Origin: Marsupella aquatica
Taxonomy: Eukaryota > Plantae > Marchantiophyta
Direction of reading: 5' to 3'
NCBI GenBank assembly: GCA_973895155.1
Contig: OZ316899.1
Span: forward strand, 13,333,934 to 13,397,933
DNA length: 64,000 bases
This document shows positions 10,601 through 21,003 of this stretch, piece by piece. Numbering within the stretch: the first letter of the stretch is position 1; the number at the start of each line of letters is the position of its first letter. The notes under the pieces were generated by a model. The model was not told the origin of the DNA. It saw only the letters and a program-made list of their open reading frames with translations, and ran no database searches. The position numbers were made by a program, and so were the translations under genes.

Positions 10601-13166
10601 AGGTTCCAAAGACTCTAGACCACGGCAGAAGACACCTGTATCAACACATTTATCCTTACAATTACCGCCAATTATACAAGATGACAATGAAGAAATATCC
10701 ATCCACTATATGCATACTGGACATTTATGGCATCGAAATTTAACTGAACCAGATGAGCATTTTGCTTTTCTTATATCCCAGGATATAACTAAAGATTTAC
10801 CAGAACCCCGGACAATTAAAGAAGCACAACAACGACCAGACTGGCCCAAATGGAAATCTGCTATTAACTCCGAACTTGATTCTCTGATATCTCGCCAAGT
10901 TTTTGGAGAACTCCGAATCGTCCCTGCTGCACAACACCTAACTGGGTATAGGATTATATTGATATGCAAACATAATGCCGCAGGTGAAGTAATCCGCTAT
11001 AAAGCCAGACTCGTGGCTAGAGGCTACACGCAAATATATGGCAAAGATTACGACCTTACTCATTCACCGGTCATGGACTCCATTACCTACCGATATCTGA
11101 TTGCTTTTACCCTCACACATCAAATTCGTATGCATCTTATGGACGTGGTAACTGCTTACCTTTACGGTATACTTGATACTGACATACAAATGCAAGCTCC
11201 ACCTGAATTAATTCAGAGGGTAATTTTCCACATTAAGGGGGAGCATACAACCTCCCCAACCCCGGACCTAAAGTCGGGTATTGATAAGATTGTCCCTACA
11301 CAGGACTTTAAGGACCATCTCATTCACTCAGGCCAGATGATACCTACTGAAATACATGACTCATCAGCGGTCCAAAATAAAAAGGCCCAGCAAATTGCTA
11401 GTGGTGAACAGTCAGCGGATTCACCATTGAATTATACTGACTTACTCGCTGAGGTAAATCCTGTTCACCACAGAATCAATAAAGCCAAGAAATCAGAGAA
11501 AGCATTTGCTGTACAGGTTCTTAGGTCACTCTATGGTTTAAAGCAGAGTGGCCGCATCTGGTATAAACGTTTTCGTGCAGAGATGCTTGCACTTGGTTTT
11601 GTGAATGAGGACATTGCCCCTTGCCTTTTTATCAAAAGACATGGCACTGAATTTATAATCATAGCCATATATGTCGACGATATTAACCTAATGGGTACTA
11701 AACTCATTATGGATCAAACCATTACCACACTTAAGAGCATATTCGAAATGAAGGATATTGGTCAACCCCTATTCTGTATTGGCATTCAATTTGAACATTT
11801 ATCCAGCGATATTCTTATTCATCAATCTACATATACCAGAAAACTATTAAAACAATTCAACATGGACAAAAGCTATCCAGTCACGACACCTATGGAAATT
11901 CGATCTTCAGACACATCCAGAGATCTGTATAAGCGCAGGACCGAACACGAACCAATCTTAGGCCCAGAGAAACCTTACCTCTCTGCTATAGGAGCCTTGA
12001 TGTACCTGGCGAATCAAACTCGCCCAGACATCTCTTTCGCTGTCCACTTGCTTGCTCGACACAGCTCCCAACCGACTATTAGACATTGGAATGGCATTAA
12101 GAGGATACTGCGCTACCTTCAAGGTACAATCGATACTGGCCTCTATTACCCTAAAGATGTGCCTAATGAATTGATTGGTTACGCAGATGCAGGTTACCTT
12201 ACAGACCCCGATGATGCGAAATCCCAGACGGGATATGTATTTCTACAAGGACATACAGCCATATCATGGAAAAGTACCAAGCAAACTTTGACGACCACAT
12301 CCTCCAACCATGCGGAAATCATAGCACTATACGAAGCTAGCCGAGAATGCCTGTGGCTTCGACAGCTTATCAATCATATCCAGTCGTCTACAGGCCATGC
12401 AATTCTTACCAAGCCTACTATCATCTACGAGGATAACAAGCCTTGTGTTGATCAGATAGTTAAGGGCTTCATCAAGGGCGACCGAATCAAACATATTGCC
12501 CCCAAATTTTTCCACACGCATGAACAACACGGGGACCAAATCAACGTTCAATGGATACCTTCTAAAGATAATCGCGCTGACCTTTTTACAAAGCCCTTAC
12601 CTCGCATTCTCCACGAAGCGCATTCGATTGGAATAGGACTCCGTAGATTATCGGACTTCACTGCAATCTGACTTTCCCACCTCTTCCACGATACCTCCTC
12701 TGTTCTATGCATATTCTACTGAACGTATGTTCTCCATACTCGAACATTTCGACACATCCTATCAAACACTCGTTTAGATTTAGCCATACATGATTACACT
12801 CCTTTCTTACTAGTTTTAACTCATTACATATAAGGTAGTGACACTCTTTTTACCCCAGAAGAAAGCAGGGGGTTTTTAATGAGGTCATACCCCAATGAGT
12901 TTTTCCATTATACTCAGAACTAGACTTAAATTTATTTCCTAAATGGTTACTTTAAGAAACATAAAGTAACCAAGGGGGAGTGTTAGAATATATTTAACCC
13001 TTAGCCCATATGATACAAAGAGGTATGCAATACCTAGATATAAAGAGACACAAAACTAGGAAAGGGTAGTTACAACTACCCCAATGTACAACATATAATA
13101 AGCCACATTGGCTTAAGGGAATAATCAATCATCTTTGTTGGTGTATATACATTTCATAACTTAACA
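7650..13166 (+). mobile_element. Intact young Ty1/copia retrotransposon, Bianca-like lineage
   Basis: LTRs 7650-7835 and 12981-13166 (186 bp, TG..CA, 1 mismatch). TSD CTTTA at 7645-7649 and 13167-13171. PBS CGTTATCAGCAC and PPT AAGGGGGAG (12972-12980). The gag start (KLQFPLLTTDGDNYLSW) is Bianca-like. Confidence 0.95.
7995..12671 (+). CDS. Gag-Pol polyprotein (gag with CCHC knuckle, protease, integrase, RT, RNase H)
   Basis: 1558-aa open ORF with CFRCGGIGHIQKNC, ILDSG, LWHIRLGHP, RIDNASEF, SLYGLKQSG, YVDD, GYADA and YEDN motifs in copia order. Confidence 0.97.
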   Translation: MTTLEKLQFPLLTTDGDNYLSWAQNTEIVLNMKGLGDIILADINGTLQQKAQALYIIRHHLAAELQLEYLTEFNPRVLWDALKLRFDHLRLISLPAARNEWIHLRVLDYPTIAKFNSTLFWITAQLAACGKPIDEAAKIEKTLSTFSAANMQLSQIYRQRHFTQFSDLIAVMLLAEKNDLLLLRNSHERPPGTLPKPEIQFTNTNRGNSSYNRPRGQFKGNPSRFNQFHKRQHFRTDKGKNFKPLMNSWYRNPNHMPNKPAQNYPTNNQPKCFRCGGIGHIQKNCRIQAHLVKLYQASLKTSNTLTAAHHLEIDDDLSKYTLAPPPPEVHIISHGVNDTSLAGADICILDSGTSHSILKDKCYFQHIYPSNRPVTTITGINQLEEGHGPAQLTLPQGTTIKIASAIYAPLTTRNLLSFHDVRQNNLHIRSAPNNHRNSLQIFRETDNGPITVLETLLLHPPGVYATKIMSYNSQRQQLSPTELWHIRLGHPGPGMYHKIMKNTIGIPKGVHPSTKLDTCIPCAQGKFITHPAFTKNTYQIPDFLSQINVDVCGPIDPPSGPFRFFLVMICSSTKWSSVSLISTRNLVFARLLTQLIRLRTQFPDSPIKIIRIDNASEFTSPAFDDFCQVLGITIQYSVPYVHFQNGTAEALIKHLQMISRPMLLQTQLPLTAWGHAILHGAALVRYRPSAFNIYTPHQLAYGSIPDITHLKVFGCLVLVPILGPKHTKMGPQRRRGIYIGYDSPSIIRYLEPTTADVFRARYQDCKFCEDTFPTLLTPAQLSKQPVSTHTLDWTTKDPFWNDPRTQLTNDEVKRILNLHQIMEKIPDAFNDATNVTKSHIDAANTPARIHIPDTRATDLAPKAKRGRPSGSKDSRPRQKTPVSTHLSLQLPPIIQDDNEEISIHYMHTGHLWHRNLTEPDEHFAFLISQDITKDLPEPRTIKEAQQRPDWPKWKSAINSELDSLISRQVFGELRIVPAAQHLTGYRIILICKHNAAGEVIRYKARLVARGYTQIYGKDYDLTHSPVMDSITYRYLIAFTLTHQIRMHLMDVVTAYLYGILDTDIQMQAPPELIQRVIFHIKGEHTTSPTPDLKSGIDKIVPTQDFKDHLIHSGQMIPTEIHDSSAVQNKKAQQIASGEQSADSPLNYTDLLAEVNPVHHRINKAKKSEKAFAVQVLRSLYGLKQSGRIWYKRFRAEMLALGFVNEDIAPCLFIKRHGTEFIIIAIYVDDINLMGTKLIMDQTITTLKSIFEMKDIGQPLFCIGIQFEHLSSDILIHQSTYTRKLLKQFNMDKSYPVTTPMEIRSSDTSRDLYKRRTEHEPILGPEKPYLSAIGALMYLANQTRPDISFAVHLLARHSSQPTIRHWNGIKRILRYLQGTIDTGLYYPKDVPNELIGYADAGYLTDPDDAKSQTGYVFLQGHTAISWKSTKQTLTTTSSNHAEIIALYEASRECLWLRQLINHIQSSTGHAILTKPTIIYEDNKPCVDQIVKGFIKGDRIKHIAPKFFHTHEQHGDQINVQWIPSKDNRADLFTKPLPRILHEAHSIGIGLRRLSDFTAI

Positions 13167-13171
13167 CTTTA

Positions 13172-15150
13172 CATAGTCAACCAGCCAAGAACTTACTAAA
13201 TCTCTAGTGCTTCAACTTGGGTGCATCTAACTTGACTAAGAACAAGCCCTAAGAGCCCCGCTATGAAGGTTTTTATCCTTGTAGCTTGCTCACAGAAGGA
13301 ACCTACAAAATCTGCAATGCTAAATGGGCAAGAAACACCTCTATAGTAGAGGACACCTCCCCATGCAATCCTATTGCATTCCCTGAAGTCATTGCATATT
13401 GCAATACTCATCAATCACTTTCCCTACTCCTGGCGAGAGAGCATAACCCTTGCCTGGACTTCTGGCATCGATGACCTACTCATCATTGCCAATGTCAGCA
13501 TCCACTTGGTGTTGTAATTGTCACGTTTGGGATACGCCTCCTAGAATAACTGATTCTAACCCTGTCTCTTCAGCAAGGTCATTGTCTCCAACGGCCAAAT
13601 TATTCATATCGGCCTGATGGTTGATGACGGGCCTAATCTCTAAATCAGGCACGTCACCAATTGTATTTACATTTCCAATATTGGGTATATTCTTGATATG
13701 TGTACTTGCTCCTGCAGGTCCTTCACTGACCAACCTCACTTCCTCCTCTCCAACGGTGGTGTGGTTCCATCCTTTTGGCTTCTCTAGCACATCCCTACTT
13801 TGGTAGTTTCTAAGTCAAACACAAAGTTGGAGACTTTATTGCAAGGTGGCAAGGGTGATAGAGGTATAGTTGCTTTTCCTTTAGTTCCTCCTCTTGCTTG
13901 GTGTAGTTGTAGAGCAAGATCTTGCAAAGTTATTGCTTGCTTGTCCACCTGCTCTTGGAGTTGATTGGCCACCGCATCCCTCAAACTTAGTACCATGTTG
14001 TGGTCCCTGAGTACTTGATCAAACTTGGTCTTTTACTCCTCTAGCTCAGCCTTCAACATGGCTTTCTCCACTTCCCATTGGTCCCGCTCCCTTGTCCACT
14101 TGGCACACTCAACATCCAAATTGGTCCGAGCCACCCTTGCTTCTTACTTCAGGGTAGAAATGTGATCTTCATTCTTTTTCAAGGCATCCACCAATGGTTT
14201 GACGGCTGCCTCATTTACCTTGGCCAAGTCTTTGGTCAAGCTTGCTTTTGCTGCTGAAATCTATTATGCATGGGCATCCTTCAGCTCATTGATTGTCTTA
14301 AATGCGATTGCAATGTCTTAGACTTCTCAAGGGCTAAGAGCTCTTCTTGTTTTTGGACAACTTTCTCATTATCTTTTTGCCCATCGGCCAGCTGCTTCCT
14401 TAACTCCCCAATAGCCATAAAGTAACCCTCAAGAATTCCACAATTTTCACTCTCCTTGGGTTGGTGCACTGAGTTTTGAGGAACCCATTATCCTTCAGCT
14501 ACCGTTGAACTCTATGAAGATGTCGTCGTGCTAGAAGAATTGAGTATCAATCTTGCTGCTTCTGCCCAACTCTAAATGGAAGGCCTCTACTATCACCTTC
14601 TCTGTCAATTGGAACTCCATGTTGTAGATATAGGTTAGGTTCCTATCAGCGTCCCAATTGCCTACAAACTCCATTAATTCACAATCAAGAATCTCCTTAC
14701 AAGCCATGGTAAGCAAATGAAACCCTCCAATCCTGAGTTTCTCACGAGGCCCAAGAACTTATTTGACTAAAAGACTACTATAGCCTCTACATTCTCCGTG
14801 GGTCTTACTAGCTTCAATCTGGCTTCTGTAGGTACAATTTCCATCCACCCCTTCCACTTCCAATACTTGGGTAGTGACGTGATTGCAATAGCCTTATGCT
14901 CTGCATCATTGTCCATTGCCTCCTGATTTGATCCCTAACCCCGACCAGCCTTTATTGCTGACAATTCTCTTCCTTGGCCATGCCCTTCTTGGTTGGCATT
15001 CCTTCCTTAATTTCTTTGTTGGTGGCTCAGCATCAGTTGCTTTGTGTGCTACCTTGTTCTTGCTTTTGACATCCTCCAAAGCCATGTTTTGTGCCATCTC
15101 TACTTTGGCTGCAATACGCTTTTTAGGTCTCCAAGAGCCCTCTGCTCCTC
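13172..15150 (-). repeat. Decayed repeat with coiled-coil ORF fragments, probably a retroelement extra ORF
   Basis: Broken Lys/Glu-rich ORFs at 13784-15097. The stretch 13365-13760 has an inverted homolog at ~47400-47810. Confidence 0.4.
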
Positions 15151-15789
15151 GGGGGGGTCACTGTATGTAGGGCTCTACATCACGTGCGACGTTTTAGGGT
15201 TTGGACCCCCTAACTTTTAAGTGAAATTTTTTTCCCCACTCCCTTACTTTATGAAAAGCAACCATTTTTTGAATTGTTTACCCCTATAAAACTTTATGGA
15301 AAGTTTTATGATGATATAAAAAATGTCTATTAAGGAAAGTAAAGTACCTCAATAGTGTAGAGCCAATTGTGCAAATTGATGCGCATTTCCAATACATTCA
15401 ATGAATTTACATCATGAAGCTGAATATCTTGTAAATAAATTGCATTCATCATCATCCAACAACTTGTAGTTTTCACTCTTGAATAGTGAAGCATGGTGGG
15501 TGCCAGATACTATGAATAGGTAACCAAACACCATAGATCGCCTATTCAAGGCATCGGTACTCTACCTTGTTTCACAAACTCCCGCATGATGATGTCCACA
15601 TCTCTACCTTCCTTCACAGACTCATGCATGATGATGTCCACATGACGGAGGGGAATTGAACCCCTGATTGAGCATAAATCTCAATTTGCCAATCCGCCAT
15701 CCCCTACTCTACTCCCTCCCACTAACCCTACACATGCATCACATACACACACAACAAACTACTTTTAATAAACAATAGTCAATTATATA

Positions 15790-16748
15790 TCACAATTTAC
15801 TCACACTTTGAATGTATGTAGTCAAAGCCTGCAAGTCACTTGCATCTAGTACATACACTCTGTCAACTATCCCAGACTTCATTGTCAAGTTCACATTTGA
15901 AATTATCATCTCAATATCAATCCATTGTCCATCTGTTGCATCATAAAAGAACAAAGTTTTGTTGTTACTAGTAGATTTGTACCAATTACACTACAAGCGG
16001 CACACACTTCCACTCTGTCCAATTGCAGGTACAGGCCTGTCCAACAGATCTATTGCTTTCCGACATCTGACCCAATGGGAGCCATTCTTCTGTATCATAA
16101 ACTCAATCCTACCCAACCAATATTCCTTCTTTGCAGATGTTGTGTCAACAACAGGTCCTTTATCTATTCCCTTCCTCTTCTTTGACTTGGATGATCTGGT
16201 AGAAGGACCAACCTCTACAGCAGACTCAAACAAAACTGCTATATCAGTACCAATGTCAACCAAACAAGTCACAGACTCACCATTTTCCTTCTCCTCACAA
16301 GTAGTGTAATAGGTCTTCTGGGCTATCCTAGTTAAACTATCCTTTGACATGAAAGGATTGCAGCACAATTGACTCACAAGCTAGAGTGAACTTGTAGATA
16401 GTCCTTCCCTCATAAGTTACGGTAGACACTACTGACCGGGGTGTCTGCACATTAGTTAAGTCTGCTTGAACTCCAGCCAAGACATGCCTTACTTCATGTC
16501 CTAGTGTCTCCATCTCACAAAATGGGTAGTGTCCACCTCAATCGAACAATCATCAATTGTTAGTGGCTCAATACAATCTTGACTGTCTAGAGTATCCCAT
16601 GAATCAATCCGATTGAGATCTTCTTTAGGTTCTTCAAACTCTAGAAACTCTCCAATTGGGGGCTCAGGTCTAGGGCCTACAGTAGATCGATGCTCAACTG
16701 TGTCTTCAACATCATCACATAACACAGCCTCTTTCATGACACTTGTAT
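15790..16748 (-). pseudogene. P-like transposase, C-terminal part
   Basis: Joins in frame across the gypsy TSD (ETWP|DTSVMKEAVLC). ORFs 16501..16737 and 15991..16377 contain stops. Confidence 0.75.
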
Positions 16749-17609
16749 CCGGTGTCGCGTGGACTTTAAGTTAGGGGCTACTCGGGCAAACTACACGCTT
16801 CTGGCTGCGATCAGAACAAGTGACAAGCACTTTTCGGAGCGAACTCTCACTCCTTTTAATTTTTTACTTTTCTCACAAAGGTTACAATAGGTGCCCTTGA
16901 GTAAGCTTGCCAGCAAGAGTCTGGTAGCTGGCCCTACGGCGGGCCGCTACCTCTAACTTGTTGGGTAGAACTCCTCGAGTGACTAACTACTCGAAATCTG
17001 ACGGAAAAACTATCCTCCTTAGCTCACAAAACCTAAACTCGACTAGCTACTCCACTAGTCTAAAACAGCTCGCACGGAACTCGGGCCTGGACCAACGAGG
17101 CTCCAAACTCAAGAAATTCCCGCCTGGATCAACGAGACTCCAGACTCGAGAAACTCCCCGCCTAGATCGAAAACTCCTTGCCTGGATCAAAAACTCACTC
17201 CGAACTCCAAAACCGACGCACCACAGCCGAGTCCCGTAGAATGGAGCGGAACTCACAGAACGTAACTCAACCGACCTCAATAGACAACCGTCAACCTCAA
17301 TGAGCCGAGGCTCAAGTCTTAAGTAGCATCAGAAACCCAACCATCCAGCCTGAGCCAGTTGCCATCAGCGAGGCTCATCCAAACTCCAAGCCTGGTGACT
17401 CACCCAAACACCAAACCTGGTGACGACGAGTCACCCAATCACCAAACCTCAATCCATCCAACCAAGCAGCCCCTCCGAGTCAGCATGCATGCAACCCAAC
17501 CGGGAGGCCTCGTCCATCATCCCCTATAAAAGCCATTCCTGAGCCGAAATCATTCGGCAGGATATCCTCCCCCAGTAAACCTGAGCAGCCTCCGGTCTGC
17601 TCCAATCCT

Positions 17610-20600
17610 TCAGATTTCCTCCAAGTCTGAGTCAAAACTCGAGCCATGCACCTGGACCACTTCCTCCTCAAGAAACTCAAACCCAAAGCCTTCAGACTCG
17701 GCCTTAGGCACTCCACTTTCCAGAAACCCGAAATCCAACTCATCCGAATCGGAACCAGTCAAGCCACTTCCGAAACTCAAGTCCATCGGATGCGCCTGGA
17801 CCAGCGCCTCGTCTTCAAACTCACTCAAGTCGGAACTTGAGTCCATTCCCTTCTCGGTCCTCCTCTTGAAGATCTTCACCCTTTTCCCTGCGTAAGGTAC
17901 TTGGTGAACCGTCCCATCCAACTCCCGAATAGTGTAGGTCGCATTCGCATGAACAGCAACCACCACATACGGACCTTGCCACCTCCGAGAAAACTTGTTT
18001 CGGCTCATGTGTTGCTCGTCCAACTTACTTTCGTAAACCAGAACCCAATCCCCTTCCTTCACCAAGACAGGCCTCAACCGATGAGTCCTGTCGAACCTGC
18101 CCTTGTTCCTTAACCTTGCCATCTTCAATTGCTTCTGAGCCACCTCAATCTTCGCGGGTAACAAGTTGAAGTGTTTGATCCTTCGAGCCAGCAACTCCTC
18201 TCTCAAAACTTCATCTTTCCATCCAATCAGTCGCCAGCTGCAAACATCTTCCTCGAGTGGCATCATCGGCAAATGCCCAGTAAGTAGCTCAGCCGGAACG
18301 TATCCGGTCACTGAGCTACATGTCATCCGATCCGCTAGCAGAGCAAGTGGAAGGAGACTCGACCACCTGCCCAAGTCCCCATCACAAGCCTTAGCCAAAG
18401 CGCCCACAATCTGGATGTGCCCCCTTTCAGACTTCCGATTGCCTTCCGGATTATAACTCGAAGTCAGCTTCAGTTTGATGCGGTATTGGTCGAAAAACTC
18501 TTGCACTTCCTTGGAGCTGAGCTCCCCCCTATCAGCCCTGATCCTCGTAAAGCACCCATGCCTTGCAATGATATCCTCAAGTATGAACTGGCAAACGGCA
18601 GCAATAGTGTTCGAAACCAACGCTCTCCCTTCCACATAAGAAGACAAGTCTTCTCTTGCCAAAACCAAGTATCTTGCCCCATTGCTCTCTCTCGGCATGT
18701 ACACCACATCAACAGCCCATTGAAAGTGTAGAGCCACGGGGTAAGTCGGAACCAATCCATCCCTATGTCGGATCCTCGAGTAAAACTGGCAAATCTCGCA
18801 AGTCTCGACATAGTCTCGAACGGCCAAGTACAAACCTGGCCACCAGTACAGCTTCCGAACCCTCTCGTAAGTCGAATGCACCCCTTTGTGCCCAGCCATG
18901 TCAGCATCATGGCTCTCTTTGAGAATTCGGTCTTTCTCACCCTTAGTATCCACAACCCTCTGCAACAACTGACTTGGGTCCTTATGCCTTCGCCACAAAT
19001 AACCCTCCCTCAATAGGAACTTGTAAGATCTCTTCCGGATCTTGACGAACTCCTGGTAACTCCACTCCGGTTGCTTCTCCAAAGTGCTAATGTAACGCCT
19101 GATATCCAGCAACTCTCCTGAGTAGAGTTCCTCCTTGAACTCTAGACTTCCAACACTTTTGGTTCTGGTCACCTCGCCAACTCTCGTTGCTACCTCATTT
19201 CCGAATCTCGCCCTCGACAGCATGTCGGCAACCGGATTATCCTTTCCCACAATGTGACTTAGCTCAGGGTTGAACATCCGAATGAAAGCGATCCACCTGA
19301 GCATCGCTATGTCAAGCGTGTCACAATTTGCGATCATCCCCAACAGCGATTGGCAATCAGTCTCAACCACCACCGGTGCCCCAATCAAATAGTTCCTCTC
19401 CTGATGGAGTGCCACCTTGGCACCCCAAAGCTCTCTCTTAACTTGGGCATATCTCCTTTGCCTTTCCGTAAATTTTTTTGCCCCAAATCTGATCGCATAC
19501 CTTTCTCCATTCTCGTCATCTTGCCCAACAGCCCACCCGGTTGCGAATGGACTCGCATCAACAGTCATGATCAGTGGTCGCCCGCTCTCATAGTCCGCAG
19601 CTCGGAGAACTGGTGGGCTCATGAGAGCGCTCTTAAGCTTAGCCATTGCTTCACTATGCTCGGGTAGCCATCTCCACTTAACCTTTTTCCTCAACAGCTC
19701 ATAGAGCGGGTCCGCCAGGTGCGAGAAGTGAGGGATCCAGATCTTGTAAAAGACACAAGCACCCATAAACCTTCGAACTTCCGGCACCGATTTGCAATCC
19801 TTCATCTCGCGAATAGCTCTCACCTTATCCATGTTCGGCTTCCTCCCATAAGATCCGCACATTTGCCCAACGACTTTCACCTCTTTCATCCCGAATTCAG
19901 ACTTCTCCCCCGAAAGAGTGACTCCCACATCAATCAGCTTCTCGAGAACCGCCTTAACATCCGCAATGTGATCCCACACAAAATGCCGGATCCCATCACT
20001 TCTCAAGGTCTCATCCCTCCCTTCAGCCAAGCACCCTTTTATTGGGACATCGTCAATAAATGGTCTCGCTTTTTCCGGAATGAACGGCTCCAAGATTTTG
20101 CTCATTGCATTTTGCATGTGTGCAACTGAGTTTGTCGCCCCTTGAGGAAGAGTGCACATCCTCAAGAGGCCCAACAGAGTCCTCATAGTCGTAATGTCTC
20201 GGCTCTCTTGCGCCAACTGGAACTGGTCGTAACCCAAAAACAAATCACCCATGGAGTAGATCGCCCTTCCAGCGAACTCCTCGGCAAACTCATCCACGAG
20301 TGGCCCAACTCTCACATTCCTGATGGTCACCTTGTTCGGAGGTTGCATATCCTGAATGAACCTCAAGCTTCCATTCTTCTTTCTCACCGTAAACCATCTG
20401 TTCGAGTAGGGAGCATCAGACCTCTCGAGAATCCTAGCACTCAGCTTCTCCTTAAGCAGTTCCACAAGCTTTGGAGCTAAAGCCCGCGGAACCAAAATCG
20501 GTTTCAGATCCCACGGAACATGAGGGATGGTAAAGATGACCATCGGTGTCACCTTACTCGGATCCGCACAACCAATCTCCTCAATCGAAAATGAGAATGC

Positions 20601-20951
20601 CTTACCATGCTCCACTATCATTTTTCAAAATGCCACTTGCTCCACCTCCGTAAGTAACCCATCCGAACCAATCTTTAGCTTTGCCAAACTCTCTTGAGTA
20701 AACTTATGCCCTATCCGATTAGTTGGCCTCAGCCTTGGTTCCAATCTCGCTCGATCCATAACCTCCATCGCATCGTCCGGCAAAGGTATCGCCGCCGGCC
20801 TCACCTTCTTGTCGACCGTTTTGTATTTGGTACTCGAGTATACAAGCACGGCCATAGACGAGTACTGCCTTTCCAACTCTTTCTCCAGCTTGTCCATTCC
20901 CAAGTTAGACTCCACACATTCGAGTGGCTCTTCCTCTCCATTATCCATCAT
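17610..20951 (-). pseudogene. Gypsy Pol (RT, RNase H, integrase) with one in-frame TGA at 20625-20627
   Basis: LPQGATNS and FIDD (RT), VDASP and ADMLSR (RH), HHCC zinc finger, D..D..E core and GPY motif. ORFs 20625..20951 and 17610..20621 are in the same frame. Confidence 0.93.
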
Positions 20952-21003
20952 TTTTCCCCTTCACAAGGAGCTAAGGAACGAGCACTCCGCTGATCCACTC
21001 TTT

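Noticed and set aside
15170-15177. 8-bp TSD for the P-like element
   Set aside because: The left flank GGGCTCTA does not match the right flank AGATGTGT, so the ends remain tentative.
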